From assembly GCA_963782525.1 (NCBI GenBank), contig CAWAKC010000011.1, forward strand, positions 64,001 through 128,000: a DNA stretch of 64,000 nucleotides, read 5' to 3'. Below the pieces are notes generated by a model. It worked only from the letters and a program-made list of their open reading frames with translations, was not told the origin of the DNA and did not search any database. Position numbers and translations under genes: made by a program. Shown in pieces: positions 10,016 to 21,119 of the stretch. The DNA comes from Candidatus Bathyarchaeota archaeon (GTDB lineage Archaea; Thermoproteota; Bathyarchaeia; Bathyarchaeales; Bathycorpusculaceae). How positions within the stretch are numbered: the stretch's first letter is position 1; the number at the start of each line of letters is the position of its first letter.

Positions 10016-12796
10016 ATGAAAAAAATAGATAATTTCTCGAAAAATAAAATCTCAGCAATCGCTATCATTCTACTGCTAACTGTATCTATGGCTGGCGCTC
10101 TCGCATTTATGCCAGCTGCAAGTGCCCTCGCTGCCGCTCAAACAATTCAACACCATACCTTCATGTACTCCAGCGTAGGCAGCAGCGTGATTGGTGTGGG
10201 TCAAACCAACCTTCTCGTTTACTGGACCGCAGACATTCCACCAGACATCGGTGAAACAGACGCTATAATCACCGCGACAAACGGCTTAAACCGCGCTTCA
10301 TGGGACGGAATATCCTTCAACATTACTACACCTAGCGGAGTCACAACTAACTATCCAGTTGGAGCAAGTGACCCAGTAGGTGGCGGATACCTTGCATACG
10401 TACCAGAAGAAGTCGGCACATACACAGTTATCGCCATCTTCCCAGACACATGGAAGAACAGTACTCTCATAACACTCCCAGACGGATCTCAAGCTTTGGG
10501 TCCCCATGAAACAGGCTACAACGCTAATCCAGCACTTTCAACTCCCCAAAACCAGCACTATACAGCCGGTAGCAGTGAACCAATAACCTTTGTTGCACAA
10601 GCGGAACCAATCGCATCATGGACCGAATCACCTATTCCATCTGACTATTGGACACGACCAATAAACGATGCTAGCAGACAATGGAGTGCACTTCCAGGTA
10701 ACTGGCTTCTTGGTGCTTGGAACCAACCCTTAGGTCAAGCGGGCGGTACAACTACCCGTTACGTCTACGGTACTGGCACAGAAACTTCCCACGTGCTCTG
10801 GACAAGACCATTGTACGTTGGCGGCTACATGGATGCACGATTTAACGACACGGGCTACGAAACAGGACACTATCAAGGCCTCGACTTCAACGCTATAATT
10901 CTTAACGGCAGAGTCTACTACCCTGACCGCGCAGACGCATACAGATCAATCGGCTTTAACGTCGTAGACCTTTACACAGGCGAATTATTAGGCTACTACA
11001 ATGAAACTATGCCATCATACGGTCAAATCTACAATTATGAATCACCCAACCAACATGGAGGGTACTCATTCTTGTGGAGATCAGCTCCAAGTCTTGGTGC
11101 TGCTAACGGTTCAGTTTTGGAAATGCTTGATGGATACGCACTGCCGCTTCGTCACATATGTTATATAGCTAACGCTTCTGCTTCAGGTACAAACGTCGTC
11201 GGTAACAATGGAGAGCTTTTATGGTACAACATTGTTAACAAAGGGACAGCAACGAATCCTAACTACTACTTAACCTGCTGGAATAACACTAACGTTCTCG
11301 GCGAAACTGCAACCCCACCGAACACCGGAACTACTTACTGGCAATGGAGACCAGAAGGAGGCGGATTCGGAGGAGGACCCGCACTAAACAACGGTATGGT
11401 CTTTGACGGAAGCACTGGATTCTCAATCAACGCTTCAATCCCAACTCCCTACGGACCAAGCAACAGCATCGTCAACCAAACAGGTACACTACTCACAGTC
11501 CGCGTAGGCGACACAGATGGTAAAGGCGGTTTCGTTATCCTCGGAACCTTGGGACAAAACAATGACCTCGGAAACGTACAAGGTCAACTGTGGGCCCTTA
11601 GTCTCGAAAGAGGCAAAGAAGGCACACAACTCTGGACAACATCCTTTACAGCACCATACTTACCATTAGACTTCAATGAAACAGTCGGTTCAATGTTCTC
11701 TACATTCAGCTTAGTTGGTGTATATCCAGAAGACAACGTAATACTCTTCCACTCTTCAAAGCAACTCAAATACTGGGCAATCGACATGACCACTGGACAA
11801 CCACTCTGGGAAACTGCACGTGAACCTGATAATAACTACTACAGCACACAATACAACTACTACAACCATATGCTCCTGACAACAGGGTACGGCGGAGTAT
11901 GTATCGCGTACAGCATGGCAACAGGCGAACAACTCTGGAACTACACTGCAACCAACATCGGCGGCGAATCACCATATGGTAACTACCCACTCAACATCTT
12001 CGCTGTCTGCGACGGTAAACTCTATCTGCTCACGGGTGAGCACTCAGTGACTCAACCAATGTGGCGTGGACCAAACATACGCTGCATCAACGCAACCAAT
12101 GGCGCAGAAATATGGACTTTACTGGGGATGGGTGCTGACAACGGCGCACATCTTACAGGACAGTACATGGAAATGGGCGACGGTAGAGTCGTAGGCCTCA
12201 ACTACTTTGACAACTCAATCTATTGTATCGGACCAGGAACCAGCGCAACAACAGTCTCTGCACCACAAACAATCCCAGCAGTCGGATCAAGCGTAATGAT
12301 CACTGGAACAGTTACAGACCAAACTGCATCAGGTAGACGCAACGATAACTTCCTCTATGATTTCACTTTGCAAGGCACACCTGCAATAGCGGACGATAGC
12401 ATGGGTGCATGGATGGCTTACATGTACGAGAACCAAGCAAAACCAACAAACGCAACCGGTGTTTATGTTACGCTTTCAGCAATTGACCCCAACGGCAACT
12501 TAGTCCCAGTTGGGACAACCACAAGTGACGTAAACGGCAACTACGGCATTGTCTTCGAACCACAAGTTTCAGGAACATACCAAATCCTCGCAAGCTTCGC
12601 AGGCTCTAAAGCATACGGTCCATCACAATCTTCAACCTACTTAGCAGTAGGTGAAGCACCTGGGTCTACACCGGCGCCAACAGCTGCTCCACAATCCGTT
12701 GCAGACATGTACCTGATTCCAGCAACTATCGGCATCATCGTTGCAATTGCGATTGCTACAATCGTAATTGTGTTAGCTCTACGCAAACGACCATAA
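10016..12796 (+). CDS. large surface protein with PQQ-like beta-propeller repeats and C-terminal TM anchor
   Basis: Signal peptide; repeated (A)xDxxTGxxLW motifs; C-terminal TM followed by RKRP. Confidence 0.88.
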   Translation: MKKIDNFSKNKISAIAIILLLTVSMAGALAFMPAASALAAAQTIQHHTFMYSSVGSSVIGVGQTNLLVYWTADIPPDIGETDAIITATNGLNRASWDGISFNITTPSGVTTNYPVGASDPVGGGYLAYVPEEVGTYTVIAIFPDTWKNSTLITLPDGSQALGPHETGYNANPALSTPQNQHYTAGSSEPITFVAQAEPIASWTESPIPSDYWTRPINDASRQWSALPGNWLLGAWNQPLGQAGGTTTRYVYGTGTETSHVLWTRPLYVGGYMDARFNDTGYETGHYQGLDFNAIILNGRVYYPDRADAYRSIGFNVVDLYTGELLGYYNETMPSYGQIYNYESPNQHGGYSFLWRSAPSLGAANGSVLEMLDGYALPLRHICYIANASASGTNVVGNNGELLWYNIVNKGTATNPNYYLTCWNNTNVLGETATPPNTGTTYWQWRPEGGGFGGGPALNNGMVFDGSTGFSINASIPTPYGPSNSIVNQTGTLLTVRVGDTDGKGGFVILGTLGQNNDLGNVQGQLWALSLERGKEGTQLWTTSFTAPYLPLDFNETVGSMFSTFSLVGVYPEDNVILFHSSKQLKYWAIDMTTGQPLWETAREPDNNYYSTQYNYYNHMLLTTGYGGVCIAYSMATGEQLWNYTATNIGGESPYGNYPLNIFAVCDGKLYLLTGEHSVTQPMWRGPNIRCINATNGAEIWTLLGMGADNGAHLTGQYMEMGDGRVVGLNYFDNSIYCIGPGTSATTVSAPQTIPAVGSSVMITGTVTDQTASGRRNDNFLYDFTLQGTPAIADDSMGAWMAYMYENQAKPTNATGVYVTLSAIDPNGNLVPVGTTTSDVNGNYGIVFEPQVSGTYQILASFAGSKAYGPSQSSTYLAVGEAPGSTPAPTAAPQSVADMYLIPATIGIIVAIAIATIVIVLALRKRP

Positions 12797-12925
12797 ATCA
12801 GAAATAAACCACAAAAACCCTACCCTTTTTTATTTTTTAACCTAAACACAAAATTTTACTTTAAGCCACCACTAACCATAATAGGCAGAAAGTAGAATCT
12901 TGTGGATGAGGGTTACCTACAAGTA

Positions 12926-13072
12926 ATGTCATTTAGAGATCCTGTTTGCGGAATGGTTCTAGACGAGAACACGGCTAAATTCAAGATTTCTTATGACGGC
13001 GAAACATACTATTTTTGCAGTCTCGTCTGTAAGAAACGTTTTAAGCGGCACGCAACAAAGTTCGTAAAATAA
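12926..13072 (+). CDS. YHS-domain small protein (not in ORF track)
   Basis: MSFRDPVCGMVLDENTAKFKISYDGETYYFCSLVCKKRF: DPVCGM...YYFCS..C signature. Confidence 0.9.
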   Translation: MSFRDPVCGMVLDENTAKFKISYDGETYYFCSLVCKKRFKRHATKFVK

Positions 13073-13108
13073 CCTCTTTTAAAACAAAAAAATTGGTTGT
13101 TTAGAGTT

Positions 13109-13807
13109 TTACTTGAATAGTTTCCATACTAATGCAGCCAAGATTCCGCCGATTATGGGTGCAACGATGAAAACCCAAAGTTGACTTAAGGCTGTGCCGC
13201 CGACGAAGAGTGCTGGTCCTAAGCTTCTTGCAGGGTTTACAGATGTGCCGTCAATGGGTATTGATACAATGTGTATGAGTACAAGAGTCAAGCCGATTGC
13301 GATGCCCGCAAATCCTTTAGGTACTCTTTCATGGGTTGAACCATGGACAACGAGCACGAATATGAAGGTTAAGACTATTTCAGCAATCAAAACAGATGCC
13401 AAAGAATAAGTTGAGTACATGTTTGCGCCTAAACCAGTTGAAGCTAAACTAAACGATGCATTTCCGATCATAATTGCATACAGTATGCCCGCACCAATTA
13501 TTGCACCGACACATTGGAAAACAACGTAGAACGCTGTATCTTTTGCACTAATTCTACCCGCAACTAACATCGAAATCGAAATAGCTGGGTTAATCTGACA
13601 GCCCGATACACTGCCAATCGCGTAAACCATGGCTAACACCGATAGACCAAAAGCAAAAGCTATCCCAAGGTTTCCAACGTAGTAGCTTGCGACAGTTGCG
13701 CTTCCGCAACCCATCAACACGAGCACCATTGTTCCAATTAATTCAGCAATGTAACGTTTCATTGGCGTAATTTTATTTGGCACTGAAGTTTTTTCTGATT
13801 CAGACAT
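13109..13807 (-). CDS. aqpZ: MIP family aquaporin (AqpZ-like)
   Basis: Two NPA motifs (QINPA, SVNPARS), six TM segments. Confidence 0.92.
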   Translation of the reverse strand: MSESEKTSVPNKITPMKRYIAELIGTMVLVLMGCGSATVASYYVGNLGIAFAFGLSVLAMVYAIGSVSGCQINPAISISMLVAGRISAKDTAFYVVFQCVGAIIGAGILYAIMIGNASFSLASTGLGANMYSTYSLASVLIAEIVLTFIFVLVVHGSTHERVPKGFAGIAIGLTLVLIHIVSIPIDGTSVNPARSLGPALFVGGTALSQLWVFIVAPIIGGILAALVWKLFK

Positions 13808-13902
13808 TTTTTATTTCCTCGTTTATTATAATTAACATTCAGGTTTCTACCATTTACCTAATAATTGTTTTCATCAAGAAAGCGCTAAAACCGAAAAAAC
13901 AT

Positions 13903-15180
13903 TTAGAGTTTTTCGCTAGCAGAAATATCCATCAACATCAAACCTGAAGCCATCTTTGGATAAAAATCTGTGCTTTTCTCGGGCAAGAGTTCGTGTTGTT
14001 GCGCTATTTCTGCAACTGTTTTCGCGTTAATAGGATTAACCAAAAACGCTATGCTGGCTTCTCCATGGTTAACTTTCTCCACCGCTGCCTTGGTCCAGCG
14101 GACATAGAGAATGCTATCGTCGATGTTTAACTCGCCGGTTTTTAGGATAAACTTGAAAACTATGTCACGCAATATCACTACATCAAAAATTTTGGTTTCT
14201 TTGGAGACATTCGCATTTACGAATTCATAGACAGCTTCATCATGTTTCAATATTAATCCGTAAGCGTTTGAACCGTCATAAATACAAAAAGCATGCTCGT
14301 TAACATGGTCCTTAAGGAAACTTTCTAACCCCTCAACAGTAGGTTCAACATCTTTGACATCAAAGAAAAACTTAAAGACCTGCAGCAAATCATAAGTCAA
14401 CTTATAATTTTTCAGTAGCCTATGAGTAGGCAAAACGACAAGTCCTTCCTCTTCAACAGGCACCATGTAACTCATATGGAAGTTAAATGCAGAATCCTCC
14501 GACCAATTGCCTTTGCTGCGCATTTCATCGCGGTATGTCAAAGCACTCTCATAGCGATGATGTCCATCGGTGATAACCATTGTCTTGGCGTTTAAAATGG
14601 CTTGCAACCGTATGATTTTCTGTGAATCAGAAACTACCCAAACAGTTTGCTTAATCCCTAGTGAATCAGTAACTTGGACAACAGGCTTAGTTTTTACAGT
14701 TTCCTCCAAGAAAGCGATGGTTTTCTTTTCTTGGTCTCGGTAGATCAAAAAGACTGGTTCTAAATCTTTTTGCACCGTGCGAAGCATGTTTAATCTGTCA
14801 GCTTTGGGCGCTTTGTAGGTCGCTTCATGGGGAAACACCATGTTCTCTTTGTAGGGGTAAAGCCGAAGCGCAGCGATTATTCCTGTCCTCGCGTATTTTT
14901 TTCCGTCAAGAGAGAATTCTTGGCGTGAAATAAAAATGGCATGTTGGGTTTCCTTTGCCATTATTCCTTCTTTTAGCCACTGAGTAATTCGTTCGTTTGC
15001 GATTTGGTACTTATTTTCTTCGAGTGGCAAAATTAAACGACAATAATTGTACGGAGACTTCGAATAGTACTCTTTCTGCATTTGGGCATCTATTTTGTCG
15101 TAGGGTTGCGTAATCAAATCCTCGGGGTTGCCTGCTTTACTTGTGTAACGTATGGCTTTGAAAGGTCTAATGTCAACCAA
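13903..15180 (-). CDS. DUF1015 family protein (ParB/Srx-like DGHHR motif)
   Basis: IRPFKAIRY, PYD, PHE, ITDGHHRY, LPTHR, KSTDFYPK; probable TTG start at 15180. Confidence 0.9.
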   Translation of the reverse strand: MVDIRPFKAIRYTSKAGNPEDLITQPYDKIDAQMQKEYYSKSPYNYCRLILPLEENKYQIANERITQWLKEGIMAKETQHAIFISRQEFSLDGKKYARTGIIAALRLYPYKENMVFPHEATYKAPKADRLNMLRTVQKDLEPVFLIYRDQEKKTIAFLEETVKTKPVVQVTDSLGIKQTVWVVSDSQKIIRLQAILNAKTMVITDGHHRYESALTYRDEMRSKGNWSEDSAFNFHMSYMVPVEEEGLVVLPTHRLLKNYKLTYDLLQVFKFFFDVKDVEPTVEGLESFLKDHVNEHAFCIYDGSNAYGLILKHDEAVYEFVNANVSKETKIFDVVILRDIVFKFILKTGELNIDDSILYVRWTKAAVEKVNHGEASIAFLVNPINAKTVAEIAQQHELLPEKSTDFYPKMASGLMLMDISASEKL

Positions 15181-15190
15181 ACATTTCAGC

Positions 15191-16087
15191 TCACATTTTT
15201 TCCAGCGCTTCAATAACGGCTTTAGCTATTTGGGTGCTCGCTTTAAACTGTGCTTCATGGGTTTGTGCACCCATATGAGGCGTTGCAATTACGTTGTTTA
15301 ATGTTAAGAGTTTACTGTTTTTTGGTGGCTCTTCCTCGAAAACATCCAAGGCTGCTCCAGCAACTTTGCCTGAGACGAGGGCTTGGTAGAGCGCTTCCTG
15401 ATCCACCACACCACCGCGGCTGCAGTCGATTAATTTTGCGCCTTTTTTCATAAGTTTGAATTCTTTTGTGGATATCATGTGGTGCGTATGCGGGGTTAGG
15501 GGTACATGGATTGTGATGAAGTCGGCTTGAGGCAGCATTTCACCAAGGGGTACAAAGCGGTCGTAGACGCATTCTTCCACGGGTAATACTTTCATGCCTA
15601 ACGCTAATGCATAGTGTTCAACGGTCTTGCCTATATATCCGCAGCCGATAACGCCTAGTGTTTTGCCTTTGACTTCGTGACCCATCAACTCATCTTTTTC
15701 CCATTTTCCTTCGCGGAGAGTGGTTGTTCCCTGAACGATGTTTCTTGACAGCGCTAAAATGTGACCGATGGTTAATTCTGCAACGCTGATGTATGAAACA
15801 TGTGGAGTATTAACCAACGCGATACCCATTTTTTGGGCCCTTTCGTAATCCACATTGTCTAAACCTTCACCTGCACGACCGATAACACGAAGTTTTTTGG
15901 CCTGGTCTAATAGTTCACCCTTAACTTTCGTGGCTGACCTAACAATCAAAACATCGTAGTCACCGATGATTTTTGGCAACTCAGCTTTGGGCGTATCCCA
16001 AGCACGGGTAACGTGGTAGCCTTTTTCTTCAAGAAGTTTAATGCCCTCATCAAATATTTTGTCGCTAACGAGGATTTTAATGGTCAC
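15191..16087 (-). CDS. serA: D-3-phosphoglycerate dehydrogenase / D-2-hydroxyacid dehydrogenase
   Basis: VRSATKV, RAGEGLDNVD, GCGYIG, HVPLT, DVFEEEP, TPHMGAQT. Confidence 0.88.
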   Translation of the reverse strand: MTIKILVSDKIFDEGIKLLEEKGYHVTRAWDTPKAELPKIIGDYDVLIVRSATKVKGELLDQAKKLRVIGRAGEGLDNVDYERAQKMGIALVNTPHVSYISVAELTIGHILALSRNIVQGTTTLREGKWEKDELMGHEVKGKTLGVIGCGYIGKTVEHYALALGMKVLPVEECVYDRFVPLGEMLPQADFITIHVPLTPHTHHMISTKEFKLMKKGAKLIDCSRGGVVDQEALYQALVSGKVAGAALDVFEEEPPKNSKLLTLNNVIATPHMGAQTHEAQFKASTQIAKAVIEALEKM

Positions 16088-17161
16088 TTAAAGTCCCCAA
16101 ATCTGGTCAATTAACCCGATAACTTCTTTGATGCCGCTGAGGTTCCATTCGCCCATGTGACCTATGCGGAAGGTTTTCTCAGCCATTTTGCCGTAGCCTC
16201 CCGAAATCATAAAGCCTTTTTCTGCGAGTTTTTGGTTTAGTTCTTTGACGTTTTTGCCTTGGGTGTTTTGTATGCAGCTAACGGTTACGGATTCGTAGCC
16301 TCGTTCGGGGAACATGGCGAAATGCTGATTTGCCCATTTTTGCGTGAACTTTGCCATGTCTAAGTGGCGCTGGTAAACTTTGTCGTAAGTTTCTTCAAGC
16401 AAAAGATCCATGCGTCTGTTTAGAGCATACATTAAAGGAATGTTTGGGGTGAATGGTGTTTGATGTTTCTTTTCAAACTCAAAGATGTCTACCAAGTCAG
16501 TATACGCACCTCTGTTTGGAACCTGTTTAGCACGTTCAATGGCTCTGTCGTTTACAAGTGCAACAGCTAAACCTGGAGGAAGAGCAAAACATTTCTGGGT
16601 TGAACCAAAAACGATGTCACAGTTAAATTCTGACGGCAAAGTCTTGTCACCTGCCATGGAGGAAACCGCATCTACAGCGAAGATGATGCTGGGATATTCC
16701 TTGTGAACCATTTTGCCGATTTCACCTATAGGACTCCGAACACCCGTGGAGGTTTCGTTGTGGCAAACGGTTAGAGTGTCGTATTTGCCTCCCGCGAGTT
16801 TTTCCGCAACCATATCTGGTTTAATCGCCTTTCCCATTTCCACTTCTAAAACGTCCGTTTCTTTGCCGCATGCTGCCAAAGTTTGTGCAGCACGTTGGGA
16901 GAAAGCCCCGTTAACGCATGCTAAGGCTTTTTGTTTTACAATGCTTCGTCCGATTATGTCAAACCACAAGGTACCTGACGAAGTAGTTACGGTGGGTTTG
17001 TAATCGGGTGTAAGCTGGAAGAACTTGGCGATTTTATCGGTTATTCCACCGTAGAGATCGGAGAACTCTTTTTCTCTATGACCGATTAAATAGTGCGTTT
17101 GCTCGTTGAGCATCTCTTTGCTTACTTCGGTTGGACCCGGGATCAAGAGTTTTTTGTGCAT
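16088..17161 (-). CDS. class V PLP-dependent aminotransferase (putative phosphoserine aminotransferase)
   Basis: LLIPGPT, HNETSTG, VDAVSS, STQK, FRIGHMG; directly upstream of serA. Confidence 0.9.
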   Translation of the reverse strand: MHKKLLIPGPTEVSKEMLNEQTHYLIGHREKEFSDLYGGITDKIAKFFQLTPDYKPTVTTSSGTLWFDIIGRSIVKQKALACVNGAFSQRAAQTLAACGKETDVLEVEMGKAIKPDMVAEKLAGGKYDTLTVCHNETSTGVRSPIGEIGKMVHKEYPSIIFAVDAVSSMAGDKTLPSEFNCDIVFGSTQKCFALPPGLAVALVNDRAIERAKQVPNRGAYTDLVDIFEFEKKHQTPFTPNIPLMYALNRRMDLLLEETYDKVYQRHLDMAKFTQKWANQHFAMFPERGYESVTVSCIQNTQGKNVKELNQKLAEKGFMISGGYGKMAEKTFRIGHMGEWNLSGIKEVIGLIDQIWGL

Positions 17162-17461
17162 CGTTAAGCCTTCAGCAAAAGAGGTTAATCTTTTAAATAT
17201 AAGGCTTATGCGCATAAAACAGTAGCTTTTAACCATTAAAAATCATTAGAAGCTGATGCCTGAAAAACCTGTATTCCCGGGTATAAAGAGTGAAAACGTT
17301 TAATTGTGTGTATGCACTATTAATAGTCAGTAATGGCTGCTGTAAAGGAGCTTTTGCAGTTTTTAAATTCGAAATATGTCGAATTCAGCAATCTGATTCT
17401 TAAGTAATGTTTGAAAATTGAGTTTTGAGCAGAAAGGAGACGCAGGGAGAAGGAAAAGGTT

Positions 17462-17815
17462 TTGATGTACACGTTAAAGGCAGAGGTATTTCCGAGTTTT
17501 TTAATAATCCTGCTGGGCTCAATCGACTGCATAACCACCGTTGTCGGCGTTATGTATTTTGGTGCTTCCGAAATTAATCCTCTCATGATTGGTATCGTTA
17601 ACTCAAGCATCGCTGGGTTTTTGGCCCTGAAGATTTCCGCTACTCTTTTGATTGCCTTCACGTACATCTATGCTAAACGAACCTTGAACAAAGCGATGGA
17701 TAAGAGCACCAAAGCCTTCAAAGTCTCAAGTAAAGTGATGAAGGTGGCCTACGTGGGCTTGATGATTTTCCTGTTAATCACAGTCATAAACAACCTCATA
17801 GTCATCCTTGGGTAA
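17462..17815 (+). CDS. DUF5658-like membrane protein
   Basis: DCITT...EINPLM...LK motif, three TM segments. Confidence 0.75.
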   Translation: MMYTLKAEVFPSFLIILLGSIDCITTVVGVMYFGASEINPLMIGIVNSSIAGFLALKISATLLIAFTYIYAKRTLNKAMDKSTKAFKVSSKVMKVAYVGLMIFLLITVINNLIVILG

Positions 17816-17918
17816 ACAATCTTTTTTTGTGGTGTATTCGTGTTGTATTATAGAACTGTTGTAGTCTATCTCAATAAACAATAAAAGACTGTTTGTTCCA
17901 TAACCAGACTGGTTACTC

Positions 17919-19232
17919 TTGAAAATCCAAAAACACGAAAAAATACTCCTACTAACAGGTCTGTTAATAACTAGCCTATTCCTTACCCTTCAAATCACCA
18001 ACGGTTTAACTGCCTCGGGCGATTTAGGCACACAAGTCGGCGGAACATTAGCAAACGATACAACCTGGACGACGGCAAATAGCCCATACATCATAACAAA
18101 CACCATAGTGGTTCCAGAAAACGTTAACTTAACAATCGAGCCAGGCGTAACAGTCACCATCCAATCCTCGGAAGCCTTAATGTTTCAAATAAACGGAGTA
18201 ATCCAGGCAGAAGGCAATACAACCAACAAAATCGTTTTCGACGGCAATGGCCACTCCAACTTTTTCAAAACGAACCACCCCGTCTCCGCAGGATTCTTAG
18301 ATCTTGATTTCTGCGTCATTAGAAACGGATTGAGCGCCTTCTGGTTTGACAACACCGCTTATTTGAACTTGACCAACTCAGACCTCAGCAACCTCTCACA
18401 GTTCTCATACCTCTGGTACCCCTCCCAAGACACCTTCATCGAATACAACACATTCACGAATTGTGCAGGCATCAAAATAGGAACAGACGACTATTACTCA
18501 AATTCATCAGGAATGGTCTACGTAAAATACAACCTTTTCACCAAAAACCAAGGATTCATCATCAACAACTACGCAAGCTATGGGCTAAGCAAAATCTGTG
18601 TTACTTACAATTCCTTCACTGGAACTTCAGGTGTAGTACTGGAGGTAGAACAAACATCAACCACAGCTGACATGGATGCATCCCAAAACTTCTGGGGGAC
18701 ATCCAACACAACAATCATCGATTTCATGCTCTACGACAAAAATGATGACGCTTCCTGTTCCAGCCTCATAAACTACTTACCTATTCTCGACGCCCCTGAC
18801 CCCGAAGTACCAATAGCGCCAACTCCAACTCCTACACCAACATCTGAACCTACATCGTTGCCATCAACCAGCACTGACCCCTCAACGTCTCCTTCCCCTT
18901 CAAATGGACCTACTACTTCACCAACACCTTCGACTAATCCGACTAATTCGCCAACTCCCGAACCAAACTCCAATACAGCAAGCCCTACTTCTAATTCAAC
19001 AGCCGATTCTACTAACAACCCGAACTCAGCTAATTCAAGCCCAACGTCCTCTTCCCAAGAACAACCGACTTCAAGCATATCCCCACAGAACCTACCAGAA
19101 CAACAACCAACACCGACCAATAGCCCGCAGGTCTTTGATACATCTAAAAACTATCTTCAAATCATAATTATGGTTGCCTTAGTAGCGCTTGCAATCGGCT
19201 TGACAGTTGCCTTTGTTAAGCGCAAATGGTAA
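17919..19232 (+). CDS. secreted right-handed beta-helix protein with S/T/P linker and C-terminal TM
   Basis: Signal peptide; DTTWT..NSPY..LTIEPG; NFWG motif; long PTST linker; TM followed by KRK. Confidence 0.8.
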   Translation: MKIQKHEKILLLTGLLITSLFLTLQITNGLTASGDLGTQVGGTLANDTTWTTANSPYIITNTIVVPENVNLTIEPGVTVTIQSSEALMFQINGVIQAEGNTTNKIVFDGNGHSNFFKTNHPVSAGFLDLDFCVIRNGLSAFWFDNTAYLNLTNSDLSNLSQFSYLWYPSQDTFIEYNTFTNCAGIKIGTDDYYSNSSGMVYVKYNLFTKNQGFIINNYASYGLSKICVTYNSFTGTSGVVLEVEQTSTTADMDASQNFWGTSNTTIIDFMLYDKNDDASCSSLINYLPILDAPDPEVPIAPTPTPTPTSEPTSLPSTSTDPSTSPSPSNGPTTSPTPSTNPTNSPTPEPNSNTASPTSNSTADSTNNPNSANSSPTSSSQEQPTSSISPQNLPEQQPTPTNSPQVFDTSKNYLQIIIMVALVALAIGLTVAFVKRKW

Positions 19233-19267
19233 CTAAATTCCCAACTTTCTACCTGACTAATTGCTTC

Positions 19268-19699
19268 TTAGACGGGTGACCCTGTCGGGTAACGCCCTAA
19301 AGCATCCAAAATTTCATCACTTGTTGTCTTTTTTCCAACGTTGCGCACAAAATCCGAAGCCACAACAATCCCGACCAACTTGTTGTTCTTCAAAACTGGT
19401 AAACGCCGTATTCCGTTAGTCGACATTACCCTTGCCGCATCCTTGAGCGAAACGTCAGGTTCCACTGTTATGAGAGTTTTAGACATAATCTCTTCTACTT
19501 TAACGTCAGATGAACTTCTTTTTGCCACGATTCTTCGGACAATGTCGCGTTCTGTAATTATTCCAACTGGAAAATCTTTGTTCATAACGATTAAGCAGCC
19601 TAAACCTTCAGTGGACATGAGTTGGGCTGCTTCAAATACAGTTTTGTCAGTGTCGATGGTAGTTACGTCTTTAGTCATGATTTCTTTAACTGTTGGCAT
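19268..19699 (-). CDS. CBS-domain pair protein
   Basis: VKEIMT...GIITERD...IRRLPV; ATG at 19699 is the likely start. Confidence 0.9.
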   Translation of the reverse strand: MPTVKEIMTKDVTTIDTDKTVFEAAQLMSTEGLGCLIVMNKDFPVGIITERDIVRRIVAKRSSSDVKVEEIMSKTLITVEPDVSLKDAARVMSTNGIRRLPVLKNNKLVGIVVASDFVRNVGKKTTSDEILDALGRYPTGSPV

Positions 19700-19953
19700 A
19701 AAATCCTCAATTAAAGAAGGAAACCCAATTGAGATAAAAGGGTTGTCATAAGTAGGGTTTTCTTGTTTTGGCTTGGTAATCGCCAATATACCACCCGTAT
19801 AGGTTTTCTGAAAGGGTTGAATATTAGAATCCAAATATATCACCCAGATATTAAGGAAATACAGATGAAATGGGCTTCCAACTATTCGTCGCTTCCTTAA
19901 AATAATAAAAAGATACAATTTTCATTGAAGAAAAATAGTTTTGAGGATTTAAA

Positions 19954-20510
19954 ATGAAGGTTGAACTTGGAGCCAAAAACTGTCTTTATCCATTGCCGAC
20001 AACATTGGTTGGAGCATTGGTTAATGGGAAACCTAATTACGTAACTATAGCGCACGTTGGCATAATGGATCTTGAGTCAGTTTCTTTGGGTATGAACAAA
20101 CGGGCCACTACACCAACGCAGGAATTAAAGCAAACAAAACTTTCAGTATCAATATCCCCTCAACAACGATGATTAAAGAAACCGACCACTGTGGCTTAGT
20201 TTCAGGAAAAGACAAGAACAAAGCAGACATGTTCAAAACATTTTATGGAACACTCAAAACCGCTCCAATGATTGAACAATGCAGCATCAACATGGAATGC
20301 GAACTCATAAAAACCGTCGATTTCCCAAACCACGACGTATTTATTGGCAAAATTGCCAACACATTCTGTGACGAAACAATCCTCGAAGACGGCGAGGTAA
20401 ATATCGAAAAAGTCCAGCCAATATTGTTCGTGATGAATGACCGAAGCTACTATGGCTTAGGCAAAAAATTGGCTAAAGCTTGGAACATTGGAAAAGAACT
20501 CAACAAATAA
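19954..20510 (+). pseudogene. flavin reductase-like protein (flavoredoxin family), frameshifted near 20100-20106
   Basis: N-terminal LYPLPTTLVGA..GKPN..MNK continues in another frame as HYTNAGIKANKTFSINIP..IKETDHCGLVSG; real lesion or sequencing indel. Confidence 0.8.
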
Positions 20511-20546
20511 AACTCAATCGTATTAAAAGTCAATGGTGAACAATAA

Positions 20547-21119
20547 TTGACTACCGCGCTGAAAAGATGCTGGAACGTTGACAAACCTCTTTACATAAGA
20601 TACCACGATGAAGAATGGGGCGTCCCCATTCACGACGATCTGAAGTTGTTTGAGTTTTTGGTTTTGGATAGCTTTCAGGCAGGGTTGTCGTGGTGGATGA
20701 TTTTAGAGAGGCGAGAAGCGTTTAGGGCAGCGTTTGACAGTTTCGATCCCATTAAGATTGCAAAATACACAGCCAAAGACGTTGAACGTTTAATGCAGTC
20801 TCCTGGAGTAGTTAAGAATCGAGCCAAAATCTTAGCAACCATAACAAACTCTCAACAAGTTCTCAAAGTTCAAAAAGAATTCAGCTCCTTTGACACATTC
20901 ATCTGGCAGTTCGTACAAAGCAAAACAATACAGAATGCTTTCAAGGATTTTTCGGAAATGCCCGCTGAGACAGAGCAGTCCAGAGCGATGAGTCGGGAAC
21001 TCAAAACGAGGGGTTTTAAGTTTGTTGGTCCCACAATCTGCTATGCCTTCATGCAGGCTGCAGGACTGGTAAACGACCATTTAGTTGACTGCTTTCGATA
21101 CGCCCAACTTCAACGTTAA
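20547..21119 (+). CDS. tag: DNA-3-methyladenine glycosylase I
   Basis: RCW...YHDEEWG, FQAGLSW, GFKFVGPTICYAFMQA.GLVNDH..C. Confidence 0.95.
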   Translation: MTTALKRCWNVDKPLYIRYHDEEWGVPIHDDLKLFEFLVLDSFQAGLSWWMILERREAFRAAFDSFDPIKIAKYTAKDVERLMQSPGVVKNRAKILATITNSQQVLKVQKEFSSFDTFIWQFVQSKTIQNAFKDFSEMPAETEQSRAMSRELKTRGFKFVGPTICYAFMQAAGLVNDHLVDCFRYAQLQR

